Shown piece by piece: positions 1 through 13,665 of a stretch of DNA of 64,000 nucleotides. The first letter of the stretch is position 1. Every line of letters begins with the position of its first letter. Under the pieces are notes generated by a model, which saw only the letters and a program-made list of their open reading frames with translations, was not told where the DNA came from and made no database searches. The position numbers and the translations under genes were made by a program. Origin of the DNA: Octopus sinensis (lineage: Eukaryota); contig NC_043002.1 of assembly GCF_006345805.1 (NCBI RefSeq), positions 100,688,001 through 100,752,000 on the forward strand, written 5' to 3'.

Positions 1-180
1 AAAAAAAACAGAAAGACAATACACAATCCTTGTCCGGTACCGCATCGATTCCAAAATCTAAACAGTTTGTGCCAGCAACAAGGCCAAACATCCTTGAAAG
101 TTTCATCCGAATCGATCCAGCGGTTTTTGAGATATCTTGTCCACGGACAAACAAACAAATATATACGACTGAAAAACAAT

Positions 181-370
181 GCCTATTTCTTTATTACCCA
201 CAGGGGGCTAAACACAGAGGGGACAAACAAGGACAGACATAGTTATTAAGTCGATTACATCGACCCCAGTGCGTAACTGGTACTTAATTTATCGACCCCG
301 AAAGGATGAAAGGCAAAGTCGACCTCGGCGGAATTTGAACTCACAACGTAACGAGACGAAATACCGCTAA
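181..370 (-). mobile_element. SINE family M (Meta-like domain), tail A, 5'-truncated
   Basis: Domain gcctttcatcctttcggggtcgataaattaagtaccag; TSD-like aaacaatgcct / aaacaatacct. Confidence 0.85.
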
Positions 371-536
371 ACAATACCTCCGCCTTCCCTAAGCTGGGGG
401 TAATAAAAACTGCAAAAACAGTACTTACTCTGAAATAGGAGCATCTCAAATACTGCTGTTGACGAAATCGTCTGCAACGCACAAGCTTAAAATATATTTT
501 AACTTAAATTTAGTAATTATTGTTTACTATATTATT

Positions 537-602
537 CAGCGGTGGTGCCCCAGCATGGCCGCGGTCTTCGGGCTAAAACATTTTAAAGGATTTTAAGGAT
601 TT
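537..602 (+). mobile_element. Extreme 3' tip of a CR1/L2-like LINE or partner SINE
   Basis: ggtggtgccccagcatggccgcggtcttcgggctaaaac plus an (aaggatttt)2 tail. Confidence 0.55.
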
Positions 603-1363
603 ATATTGTAAGAATTAAGCCTCCGGTAAATGAATTATATTATGTAGATCCGATTCACACTTGAAGCAAATTCTTTATGTTTATATTTTAATATGTGTGA
701 AAAATCATCGAACAGAAAAACACTTACAAAAATTAACAATCTTCTCCCTTCAGAAACTGGTAGCCTTTTGCTTTCAGAGATTACTTATTGTATGCATTTC
801 AAAAAGAGAAATTGGTACTTATTGTCTTTTGAAATTGCTTATTTCGTGCCTTCTGATTTGGGTAAAAATCTGTTCTTCCATAATTCATTTGACGATTAGA
901 TATTCAAACAAAAGAGACGTTACGGCAAGACTAATATGTATTTAATTCTCCGTAAAAGCTATTTCACATAGCTTTCTTTTTGTTATTAGAGATTCTTAGA
1001 AAGGCATAGCTAGTAAAAAATCCACTTCTTTCTCCAAATATTTTGTGGATGTGTCTAAATGTGAATTTTATTTCATTGGCAGGTTTCATACTTTACCTCA
1101 ATATATAAGTCTAATTTAACTGGAAATAATATAAACATCACAGCATCACCATATGTTTCATATTTGTTCTGAATATCTCTGAAACTACGAAACAGGCTAA
1201 CGAAAGAAATAAACCTTTTTGTCGTATGGTACAATCGTTTCTTGATGAACTAGCTTCAAGTTAAAATTCTCTGGTGAAATAATTGTATTGGTGTTAAACT
1301 TGAATGTTTTCCTTGTTTTAGAGTAAGTCCTATTTTTGTGGCTACGTTGGGGCAACGTATATA

Positions 1364-1400
<37 letters not shown>

Positions 1401-1449
1401 GGTGAATTGAAGAAATGGAGCTGAACGCAGATTGAACAGAAATCGTTTT

Positions 1450-1541
1450 ATTTCATTCTACACGTGTTTCGAAAGGCACAAATTACCAAAATCCGATTGA
1501 ATAATGGGACCATATTGTGTCTTTCTCTTCAGGAAGAAAAT
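1450..1541 (-). ncRNA. Penelope-type hammerhead ribozyme fold
   Basis: auuuucuuc-CUGAAGA-gaaagacacaa/uugugccuuuc-GAAA-CACGUG-UA^gaaugaaau; lies in a pLTR-like fragment (about 1398-1650) between (TA)n runs. Confidence 0.75.
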
Positions 1542-1646
1542 AGGAAATCCGTTGGAAAAACAAAAACAGAACCGAGGCGGAGCAAAAACAAATCGAACTA
1601 ATCTTTTGATTAATCTACTACAAGATTATTCATCTTTCTATTTCAC

Positions 1647-1912
<266 letters not shown>

Positions 1913-2927
1913 CTAATGAAATATATCACAGGACACATTTAGAAATCAAATTCATTTAAACTTAATTAATCTTGGTTTAAATTGATTTTGACATCAAGAT
2001 CCCCTACAAAGGGTAAGTGTTTGGGGTTATATTGCACTTAGGATGAGACTGTTATAAAATGACATTCTTTAAGGGTTTCAAATGCAAAAGTTATTTTAAA
2101 ACATATATATATATATACACACCCTCATGTATATTTACATGCACACCCACCCATATATATGCATACATATATGTGTGTGTACATACGTATATGTATGAAT
2201 ATATATGGGTATGAGCGATTGTGGGAGAGCGTATGTGTATGCGAATGTTTCTCAACTCAGGCCAAATGACGTAACTACTATGAACATACAGACACACTTA
2301 CACACATACAAACACGTATAAATATGTGCGTGCGCGTGTGTTTGTGCATACGATTATATACATCCTCAAACATATGTGCGTATACATGCACATGCGCAGA
2401 CACACTCATACGTAAAAACAAAAAAAAAAACTCTACTCTACTGCACACTCCAATCAGCAGACGACAGACAGACGTATAGACAGATATATACACACCATAC
2501 TCCCAATGTCACGAAAGTGTGCCAAAATAAATATTTACATATGATTTACAATTCTCTGTCAGTGCTTAGACATTGTTTTTATTTGTGCAAAGATCTGAAA
2601 CGAAAGCGAATGTCCGTTGACGTCAATAAATAACTCTGCGCATGTTTCCATTGACACGTGACTTAATTTTCCGTCTGACTGCCGCCATTGCTACGGAATG
2701 CCTCTTGTTCCTGTCCATACCAGCACGTATTTTTGAAAGCACGACAAAAGCATGTTGTGGCAGCAGATAAAAGAAATGGGGAAGAAAAAAAAATATATAA
2801 CTTTTCAATAGCGATCGGCGCAGATATTGGAAGCACTTAAATGCAAGCATAGCCCCGTTATATCCATCATGTATGTGCGCACGTTATGTGCCTGCGTGCG
2901 TGCATGCCTATGTGTGTGCATTTGTAT

Positions 2928-2965
<38 letters not shown>

Positions 2966-3298
2966 GTGTGTGTGTGTGGTGTGTGTGTGTGTGTGTGTGT
3001 GTATGAGTGTATGTATGTGTCTATATATATACACAGACACACATACATACACACATGTGTATATAAATGCATACATATATTGCGGACATTTGCATGTGTA
3101 TGTATGTACGTATGTACGTATGTATGCATGTATGTATGAATGTATGTATGTATGTATGTATGTAGGTATGTATGTATGTATGTATCTATCTATCTATCTA
3201 TCTATCTATCCATCTATCTATACATACATACATACATACATACATACTTACATATATACATATGCACATAGATACGTACACACACTCACACAGGCATG

Positions 3299-3331
<33 letters not shown>

Positions 3332-3959
3332 TATTATATATATATATATATCCACTTTCGTGCCAATCATCCAAATAATGCAAATGCACAAACGTTTGTA
3401 TATTGTTGATCCCGGTTCTCTGCTTAGAATTTAGCTCCCTCTACCCCAACTCACACCCTGCGGCTCTCTCTTTCTAAGTAACCCCTCCACCGAACACCCC
3501 ACTTTCTCTCCCATCAACGCCCTCCACCATTTCCCCCCGCCCATCTTGCTTTAATTCTGTCTGTCTGTCTCTTTTTCTCTCTCTCTCTCCCTCTCTCTCT
3601 CTTTCTCTATCGATCTCTATCTCTGTCTGTCAATGTCCACGTTATCATGCTGTGACGTCATATATTTTTTTTATGTCACACCGTTATATAAATCCTGTTA
3701 TCACCATCACCATCACCATCACTACTGCTCCGCCGTCGACTTCGCCGCCGCCGCCTTAGCCTTAGCCTTTGTCTCCACGGAAACAGCAGTAGCTGCAGCA
3801 GCAACTACAACAACAGCAGCAGCAAAAACAGTGGTAGTCATTGCCATCTTATCCATACAATCATTCCATGACCATCAACCCCCAATCTCCGCGTCACCAT
3901 CAGCACCGCCAATAGCCAACAGCTACACCGGCAACATATAGCGATCGGTACAAAGAATA

Positions 3960-4975
3960 GCACCAGCGTCAACGTCGCCACCACCACCACCACCACCACC
4001 ACCACCACCCACCACCACCACCACCACAGCACCACCAGCACCAGCACCAGCACCAGCAGCAGCAGCACCTCCACCACCACCACCACCACCACCACCACCA
4101 CCATCATCACCACCACCACCACCACCACCACCAGCACCAACACAACCAACACCAACACAACCACCACCAACACAACCACCACCACCACCACCACCACCAC
4201 CACCAACACAACCACCACCAACACAACCACCACCAACACAACCACCAGCACCTGCACCACCACCACCACCACCACCATCACCACCACCAACACCACAACC
4301 ACTACCACCACCACCACCACCACCACCAGCACCACCAGCACCACCAGCACCACCACCACCACCACCAACACAACCACCACCAACACAACCACCACCACCA
4401 CCACCACCACTGTAATGACAACAGCAACAACTGCAACAGCCTTTAGCACCATATCGAATACTAAACTATGCAACCATCGTTACCACTAGCTTCACGACAA
4501 CGATGACGACGACGACGACCACCACCACCACCACTACCACCACCACCAACAACAACAATAACCATCAACAACGTCTTTACAGCCACAACGAATGGTATGA
4601 CCGCCACCACAACCAGCACCACTAACAACACCACCACCACCACCCACCACCAACAACACTAACCATCACCATCTCCACCCCCTCTACCACAACCACCACT
4701 ACTGTCCACCGATTACCACCACCACCACCACCACCGTGGTCATTGCCATCATCATCATCGTCGTCATCGCTATCGTCATCACCGTCATCGACATCATCGA
4801 AGTAACCACAGCCCTCCTCCTCCTCCTCCTCCTCCTTCTCATCTCTTCGTCGTCATCATCATCATCACTATCGCCATCATCACTTATCATTGTCATGATA
4901 GTACGTCTGTTGCGACCACAGCAACAACTCAATTTTCATCGCCGCCATCGAAGACGGCCACCATCCACCACATGA
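3960..4975. repeat. Compound (CAC/CAA/CAT)n trinucleotide microsatellite
   Basis: Directly visible in the sequence. Confidence 0.95.
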
Positions 4976-5516
4976 ACCTACCCTTATCTCACTAACAGCG
5001 TTATAACATTACATCACGGCAAACATATCATACCCGTCACCCGAAGGACCACTATTCCATGCGGTTTTGTACCACCATACGCCGTTGTACCACCAGCAGT
5101 AGCACCACCGCCACCACCAAAACCGTCAACACCATTAGTAGATTAAATGTCGGCATGTCGTGTTTTTAATGTCTTCTTATTCGTGGGAAATGTCTGGAAA
5201 GAACTAAAGAGGAAAGGAGAGGAATAGTGACAGTAAGAGAAAGGTAGAGAGAGAGAGAGAGAGAAACAGATAGAGAGAGAGAGAGAGTGAAAGACAGAGA
5301 AGGTGGGAGAGAGAGGGAGAGAGAGAGTGAAATACAGAGAAGGTGGGAGAGAGAGACAGACAGAAAAAATAGAAAAAGAGAGATCGATAGAGAGATAGAT
5401 ATATAGATGGTGTTCGTATATAATAGTGTCTCTCTATGCGTGTGTGTGTGGGTATATATATATATATATATATATCTGTGCGTGTGTGTGTATGTATGTA
5501 TGTATGCATGTATATA

Positions 5517-5558
<42 letters not shown>

Positions 5559-5566
5559 ATTATATG

Positions 5567-5603
<37 letters not shown>

Positions 5604-5618
5604 ATGTATGTATGCATG

Positions 5619-5652
<34 letters not shown>

Positions 5653-6411
5653 GTATGTTAGTGCAGTGTGTTTGTGTGTAATGGAGGGAGGAGAAAGATG
5701 TATGGACGTATGAACGTGAGAATGCAAGTTCAAATGGCAATATTTCCTCTCCTCTTTTTTTTGTTAAGAAATGATTTACAAGAGAAGAGAAAAGGAGTGT
5801 GTGTGTGATGGGGGAGGGGGATGAATGGTGGATGAGAGAAAAGAACACGGGATAAAGAAAGGATTTTATAAAAAATAAAACTAAAAGAAGGAAACGAAGA
5901 AGAAAAAGGTGGAGGAGGAGGGCGGAGAGAAGGATGAGGAGAGGATGAAGAGGAATAAGAAGGAGAAAGGGAGAACAATGTAGGGAAGTAGGGACGAAAG
6001 AAGACGAAGGGGTAGGAGACGAAGGAAAACAGAAAGAAAAATAGCTAAAAAAGAAGCCAGAAGGAATATGAAATATGAAAGCGAAGAATCGAGCAAAAGG
6101 TGAAAATACAAAGAAAGAGTTAAAGAAAATGTCTAATAAATCTTTGTTATTTTGGGACTAGGCTAGCGATTTTGAGGGGTTGGGCAAGATGATTACATTG
6201 ACCCCATTTCTTGAATGGCACTTATTTTATAGGATCTGAAAGGATCCATCGACCTCGGAAGAATTTAAACTCTGAATTTAAAGAGCCAGATGAAATGCCG
6301 TTGATCATTTCTTTTTTTATCGATACGCAAACAAGATCGCCATCTTGATTAGCCAGAAGAGCCACCAGTAATATCATGAAGGATGCATGATAATGATGAT
6401 GATGGTGGTGG

Positions 6412-6460
<49 letters not shown>

Positions 6461-6469
6461 AAAGAAGAA

Positions 6470-6775
6470 GGCCTCAAATTTGTAGGGAGGTGACTAGTCG
6501 ATTATATCGACCCCAGCGTTTTACTGGTATTTAATTTATTGACCCCGAAAGAATGAAATGCAAAGTCGACCTCGGCGGAATTTGAACTCAGAGCATAGCT
6601 ACGGGCGAAATACCGCTACGTACTTCGCCCCGCGTGCTAACGATTTTGGCAGCTCGCCGCCTTATCAATAATGATAATAACCCTTTCTACTATAGGCACA
6701 AGGCCTGAGATTTCGGAGGAGGATGTAGGTCGATTACATCGACCCCACTGCTCAACAGGTTCCTGTTTTATCGTG
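6470..6775 (-). mobile_element. SINE family M copies
   Basis: Head ggcggcgagctg, B box gagttcaaattcc, Meta-like domain. Confidence 0.8.
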
Positions 6776-6820
6776 CCAACGATTCTATCAAGCCTGCCAA
6801 TAGAAATAGTAATAATAACA

Positions 6821-6879
<59 letters not shown>

Positions 6880-6921
6880 AATAATAATAATAAAAATATT
6901 AATATTAATAATAATAATAAA

Positions 6922-7457
6922 TGTCCTGATGCACCACCAGCCAGTGGCTCTCATGGCTTCTGATCTTAACTGATTGGAAGTGTTACCATGTACATATTTT
7001 GTCTCGGTAAAAGAATATGCTACTGTTCAATACCACAGTCAGTTGCTTGATCTTAACCAGTTGAACATGTCCCTTAGTGGTTGATAATATGTGCATCTCT
7101 GATCATGAGCAGAAGTAGAGTGGTGGTGGTGGGGGGGGGGGGGGCGTAGGAATTTGTTGAGAGGAATTCTTTGGGGGTTTGAATAATTCACATCTTGAAA
7201 CATGCGTGCTTCATTCATCCTGAAACAAACCTGATTCAGAGACCTTCTGAGCAGGATGGGCTATTTGACCTGCAAAATCCTAATTGGGTCCCCACCTGCA
7301 AGGTTACGCTCTGTTTATCTTGATATGAGATCACCATGTCTTGTGCATATGCGAGTGCCTAGTGTACCCTTATCAAATGGGTAGTCAAGATGGGTATATT
7401 GGCTTTCGTATATCTGTGCCCCAGTGTTACTTTGATGGCATTCGCTGCTCTCCCACT
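6922..7457 (+). mobile_element. Non-coding element embedded in (TAA)n arrays
   Basis: Flanked on both sides by (TAA)n; its last about 180 bp recurs at 41157-41339, again between (TAA)n runs. Confidence 0.7.
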
Positions 7458-7477
7458 TAATAATAATAATAACAATG

Positions 7478-7522
<45 letters not shown>

Positions 7523-7539
7523 GTAATAATAATAATAGC

Positions 7540-7580
<41 letters not shown>

Positions 7581-7607
7581 TAATAATAATAATAATAATA
7601 ATAATAA

Positions 7608-7900
7608 GTACAGAAAAAAGGGTGGGAGAGGTTTGATCATTTGCCAGGACTGTATCGAAGCATAGGAAAACAACTTAGGGTGGTATCTAAAAATGCCGTG
7701 GAGCCATTGTTGAAACACATTAAGAAAGCCGGTTTCATTAAAAATGGAAATTGTGTAACGAAAGAAGAATTTAAACAGGAAATGAACAGATTAAAAAAAA
7801 AAGAAAACAAAAATGCATAAAAGGAAAAGAAAATGTACGGTCAGTTTGCAAGAGATGTAAATGCCAAAAAAGATACTGAGAACCGGGGGTGGTCGTATGG
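7608..7900 (+). mobile_element. R4/Dong-like non-LTR retrotransposon fragment
   Basis: RKKGGRGLIICQDCIE..ENNLGWY and MYGQFAR motifs typical of the post-RT region of R4/Dong-type elements; abuts (TAA)n. Confidence 0.6.
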
Positions 7901-7902
7901 AA

Positions 7903-8415
7903 AAGGCGGCGAGCTGGCAGAAACGTTAGCACGCCGGGCGAAATGCTTAGCGGTATTTCGTCTGTCGTTACGTTGTGAGTTCAAATTCCGCCGAGGTCGA
8001 CTTTGCCTTTCATCCTTTCGGGGTCGATAAATTAAGTACCAGTTGCGAACTGGGGTCGATCTAATCGACTGGCTCCTCTCCTCTTCAAATTTTGTCACAA
8101 GCACAAGGGGTGGGTGGGGGGTTAAGTCGATTGCATCGACCACAGTGTTCAACTGGTACTTATTTTGTCGGCCCAAAAAAGGATGAAAGTAAAAGTCGAC
8201 CTCGGCAGAATTTGAACTCAGAACGTAGCGACGGGCGAAATTACAGGCAGAAGATCTCGTGATTACATCGAATCAGAGACTTGAGTCATAATTTCTTTTA
8301 TCGAATCCAAATGACGAAGCGCACAGTTGACCCTCGTGATTTGAACTCAAAAAGTAATGAGTGGGGATGCCGCTTTGCATTTCGTCCGACGTTCTAACGA
8401 TTCTGCCAATTCACC
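7903..8415. mobile_element. SINE family M cluster: one + copy, then - copies tail-to-tail
   Basis: Head at 7905 (+); reverse copies at 8098-8415. Confidence 0.8.
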
Positions 8416-8429
8416 GTTCTCACGACGAC

Positions 8430-8461
<32 letters not shown>

Positions 8462-9106
8462 CGATGACGATGACGACGACGACAACGACGATGACGATGA
8501 TGATGATGATGAAGAAGAAGAAGAAGAAGAAGAAGAAAGAAAAAATAGAAGGAAGATGGTGAAAAAAAGAATGAAGAGAAAGAATGAAGAGAAAGAAGGA
8601 AATATGAAGAAAAAGAAGAAGAAGCACAACAATAAGAACAGGTGGAGGAAGAGGGGGAGGAAAAGAAGTAAAAGAAGAGAAAGAAAATGAGATTGAAGAG
8701 CAATTTAAAAAATGGGTGAAGAAGACTAACAAAAGAAGGGGGTGAAAGCAAAACCACAGCAACAGACATATTTTAATGGACTCGTGTCAGAAAAGTGAAA
8801 TATTGAGTCAGTGCATTGATTTCTTTCTGAGACCGGCTTTTAGCAAAAGTGGAGTGAAAGAGAGGAGCGGCTAAGAGTCATTGTTTTAACGTGGCTTTTA
8901 AATTGTCTTTGAAAGTTTTTGCTATCAAGTCGAACATGTGTAGAAGACACTAGCTTACTATTATTTCGTTAGTGATTGACGAAAACGTTGGTATAATATG
9001 GACTACAGTTTAAGTAGTATTTGTGAGCTACTGTATGAGGTTAGAGTAATGGTTAGATAGATTCTTAGATAGCACAGACATGCCCGTGCGCAAACAGAGA
9101 GAGAGT

Positions 9107-9165
<59 letters not shown>

Positions 9166-9218
9166 TGAGAGAAAGAGCGAGAGAGAGAGCGAGAGAAAGA
9201 GAGAGTGAGAGAGGGATA

Positions 9219-9616
9219 TCTTTATATATAAAAGTGAAGTTGTGTGTCTGTCTCCTACGATTTAGATTCCTAACTACTCCCACATTTTGCGGTGCAGTTT
9301 AACCAAAACCGGGTATCTTATAGTCGTGATTCATATCGAGCCCTTCTGGTTATTAGCGCACGTCTACGATGAGTCTACGATTTTAAAAATAAATTACCAT
9401 CATTTTTTCCATTTTAATGCATTTTTTCGTTATTATATAAGGGAAGTAACTCTCTGAAAATGTCTACGATGAGTCAACGATTAAAAAAAAAGTTACCATA
9501 ATTTTTTTTCCATTTTTAATGCATCTTTTTTTGCTATTTTTTGGCTATAGCTCTCTAAAAATGCTTATATAGTTATTTACCTTACGAACCCGAGCAACGC
9601 CGGGCGATACTGCTAG
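9219..9616 (+). mobile_element. Non-autonomous Helitron-type element
   Basis: A|TC...CTAG|T termini, subterminal hairpin cccg-agcaacgc-cggg, no TSD; further copies at 27360 and 54073. Confidence 0.88.
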
Positions 9617-10097
9617 TATATATATATACTTATAAACCTGGATAAATAGATACGTAAGTTAACAGATGGATAGATGTAAACATAGATAGGTAACTAGATG
9701 AATGGTTAGAGAGATAGACAGGTAGATAGATGGATGGATGGAGGGAGGGATAGAGGGACAGATAGATTGATCAATTAGTCGATAGATCATTAGAGAGACA
9801 TACAAAGAAACAGATTGCTAGGTGGATTAGGTGGGTGGTGAATAACTGGATTGATTGATATGCAATATGATACATTGGTAAGTAGAAAGATCAATTTATT
9901 AATATATAAATTTGTAAATAAATATATGGACTGATTGATTGATAGAGAGATAAAGGTAGATCAACGGGTACATAGAGTGGTGAAAAGAGTGATAGACATA
10001 AACCTACTTGTAACAGTCCACACACACACTCCAAGACACACATACCCAGGCTCATTTAGACACCCCCACCCCACCCCTCACACATACACTCGCACTC

Positions 10098-10412
10098 TGT
10101 CGGTTACGACGACGCGTGTTCCAGTCGATCCAATCAATGGAACAGCCTGCTCGAAAAATTAGCGTGCAAGTGGTTGAGCATTCCGCAGACACACGCGCCT
10201 TTAAGTAGTTCTCAGAGAGATTCAGTGAGACACAGGATGTAACAAAGCTGGCCCTTTGAAAAATACAGGTACTTCACATTTTTGCCAGCTGAGTGGACTG
10301 GGGTAACGGGAAATACAGTGTCTTGCTCAAGGCAACAACGCGCTGCCCGTTATCGAACTCACGACCTTATGATCCGGCAACGTATACCCTAACCACTAAG
10401 CCAACCCGCCGT
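10098..10412 (-). mobile_element. CORE-type SINE of the same family as 14133-14461
   Basis: Reverse-complement similarity across head, CORE-like block and tail. Confidence 0.8.
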
Positions 10413-10514
10413 CACTGACGCACACACTGACACATAGACACACACTGACGCACATACACACAATGACACACACATACTGACACATACACACAGACACTGA
10501 CACACACTGACACA

Positions 10515-10545
<31 letters not shown>

Positions 10546-10737
10546 CACAATCTTATGAAATCATAGCTTCATGCATGTATACAAATATTAGTCATGTTAC
10601 ATCGTGTGCATAGATACAACCGTATGTTTATATATACAAATGAGGAAAGCAGATACGTAGGTGCGCCGTCGCGACGTGCGGCAAGTTTGGGCATTTTATA
10701 GCAAGTGAAATAAAGTGAGATAGATAGACAGATAGAC

Positions 10738-10786
<49 letters not shown>

Positions 10787-10789
10787 TAG

Positions 10790-10808
10790 AGAGAGAGGAG
10801 AGAGAGAG

Positions 10809-10872
<64 letters not shown>

Positions 10873-10912
10873 ACAGAGATAGATAGAAAGATAGATAGAT
10901 AGGTAGACAGAC

Positions 10913-10978
<66 letters not shown>

Positions 10979-11175
10979 GGAAAGAGAAGAAGAGAATTGA
11001 GTTTATTTATCGACCTTGAAAATTTGAAAGGCAAAGTTGACTTGTGTGAGATTAGGAGATGCTTGTGCATCTGTAGAAATAATGTCGAGACGTTAAGACG
11101 TTAGTCCTTCATCAGAAAAAGATAGCATAGGGAGAGTGAGTGAGAGAGAGAGAGGAGAGAGAGAGAGATAGATAG

Positions 11176-11227
<52 letters not shown>

Positions 11228-11267
11228 ACAGAGATAGATAGAAAGATAGATAGATAGGTAGACAGAC

Positions 11268-11302
<35 letters not shown>

Positions 11303-11304
11303 AA

Positions 11305-11336
<32 letters not shown>

Positions 11337-11496
11337 GGAAAGAGAAGAAGAGAATTGAGTTTATTTATCGACCTTGAAAATTTGAAAGGCAAAGTTGACT
11401 TGTGTGAGATTAGGAGATGCTTGTGCATCTGTAGAAATAATGTCGAGACGTTTAAGACGTTAGTCCTTCATCAGAAAAAGATAGCATAGGGAGAGT

Positions 11497-11505
<9 letters not shown>
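10790..11505. repeat. Near-identical tandem duplication, period about 358 bp
   Basis: Unique block aaagagaagaagagaattg...gcatagggagagtgagtg at 10981 and 11339, each preceded by a matching (GATA/GA)n pattern. Confidence 0.9.
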
Positions 11506-11529
<24 letters not shown>

Positions 11530-12220
11530 CAATAGAAAAAAATCAACGATAACAATGACGACGTTGACGATGATGATAATGATGAAACGGTGGGGTAAGT
11601 ACGCAGAACGAAGGTGAATAATTAGCCGTTCTATGGAAAACAATTAAGTAGGGCGGATGGAACCGGTATGTAATACGTATTAGTGTATCAATGTCTGGAA
11701 GCGGACCTAAGAGGGAATGATATGTGAGAGTGTTTGATTGTGCGTGTGTGTGTGTCTTGGTGTATCGTATGGATACAGTATTAAACCGGGAGAAGGACTA
11801 AGGCTAGCACCACGAACAGTAGTCATGGGTTTCCACATAGTACCTCTCTTAGAAATTTCCCTCAAAAGACACCGATCCTTTGGCAGAAGGCATTTGCACA
11901 AGGAAACAGAAAATGAGATATAACACAGTCCCGGGGCAAATTTCTTAACAGCACAGCCGCATCTGCCACGAATATGTATATACATCTTGTTATTTAAATA
12001 AATAAATATCGTAAAATAATATTCCAAGTCTATTCCTAAGTGCTTTGTAACATATATTGAGAGAAAGCACAACCAGGAAGTTCACGCCCAAATAAAAAAT
12101 AGATTGGCAAAGAGTGGTGTTCTGTGGAACTTTTTCCATATTAAAGAATTAAACAATATCTCTCCGACACTAATTCTGTCTATCTATCTATGTAACTTTC
12201 TTTTTGTCTATCTATCTATA

Positions 12221-12268
<48 letters not shown>

Positions 12269-12396
12269 CATCCATCCATCCATCCATCCAACCAACCATC
12301 CATCTATCCATCCGTCCGTCCGTCTGTCTGTCTGTTTGAATATTTACTGACATTTTTTGAATATGTACTGACATTATTTCTTTATAACACAAAGCA

Positions 12397-12779
12397 TGGA
12401 GGCGCAATGGCCCAGTGGTTAGGGCAGCGGACTCGCGGTCATAAGATCGCGGTTTCGATTCCCAGACCGGGCGTTGCGAGTGTTTATTGAGCGAAAACAC
12501 CTAAAAGCTCCACGAGGCTCCGGCAGGGTATGGTGGTGATCCCTGCTGTACTCTTTCACCACAACTTTCTCTCACTCTTACTTCCTGTTTCTGTTGTACC
12601 TGTATTTCAAGAGGCCGGCCTTGTCACTCTCTGTGTCACGCTGAATATCCCCGAGAACTACGTTAAGGGTACACGTGTCTGTGGAGTGCTCAGCCACTTA
12701 CACGTTAATTTCACGAGCAGGCTGTTCCGTTGATTCGGATCAACCGGAACCCTCGTCGTTGTAACCGACGGTTGCTTCC
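12397..12779 (+). mobile_element. tRNA-derived SINE (head X, tail 1)
   Basis: A box TGGCCCAGTGG, B box GTTTCGATTCC; 13-bp TSD ataacacaaagca at 12384 and 12780. Confidence 0.9.
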
Positions 12780-13149
12780 ATAACACAAAGCAATAAAGTG
12801 CTCTCTGAAGAACCGTTAAGCATCCGAATAGCCTTGAAACATCGAATGTAGGGTTTCAAGCGATTATAATTGTGAAACGTCGTAGGAACTCATAGTATAA
12901 ACTTGTGTTTATTGTAATTTCTCCTACGTTTGCTCTATATTTCATAACTTATGATACTACTAAGAATAGTAGTTGCTTTAACTGGAAGCAAGCTTGACTT
13001 TGCTAATGTATGTGGTGGGGAGGGGGGACTACAGTCACAAGCAAAGAAATACAAATACACATACACACACGTATATATACATATATATACATACACAAAT
13101 ACATACATATATATATATATATATTATATATATATATATATATTATATA

Positions 13150-13219
<70 letters not shown>

Positions 13220-13244
<25 letters not shown>

Positions 13245-13465
13245 ATTTGTGTGTTTGTGTTTGTCCCCCTAGCATTGCTTGACAACCGATGCTGGTGTGT
13301 TTACGTCCCCGTCAACTAGCGGTTCGGCAAAAGAGACCGATAGAATAAGTACTGGGCTTACAAAGAATAAGTCCCGGGATCGATTTGCTCGACTAAAGGC
13401 GGTGCTCTAGTATGGCCGCAGTCAAATGACTGAAACAAGTAAAAGAGTAAAAGAGTAAAGAGAGT
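13220..13465 (+). mobile_element. SINE family T, 3' half
   Basis: Body from (TG)n to the gtaaaagagtaaaagag tail. Confidence 0.85.
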
Positions 13466-13665
13466 ATATATATATATATATCTATATATATATATATATA
13501 TATATATACTGGCCTTCTTTTGTCATATTATATATATATATATACACATACAACGGACTACTTCCAGTTTCCGGATACCAAACCCAAGGCGTCACGCAAT
13601 GGAATTGAACCCAGAACCATGTGTTTGGGAAGGAAACACATGGCCTGCGCCTATAGAAAATGTAC

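Noticed and set aside
3838-4975. Poly-Val/Thr/His ORFs resembling a mucin or membrane protein
   Set aside because: Trinucleotide microsatellite open in several frames; no splice or domain support
7841-8176. Recurring ORF peptide RNWYLIYRPRKDERQSRPRRNLNS seen at several loci
   Set aside because: Translation of the family M SINE, not a protein family
8361-8769. Acidic poly-D/E ORF
   Set aside because: (GAT)n/(GAA)n microsatellite and purine-rich low complexity
12798-12890. CTGAAGA...GAAACGTCGTA possible hammerhead
   Set aside because: Stems I and II pair poorly; at best a decayed PLE end
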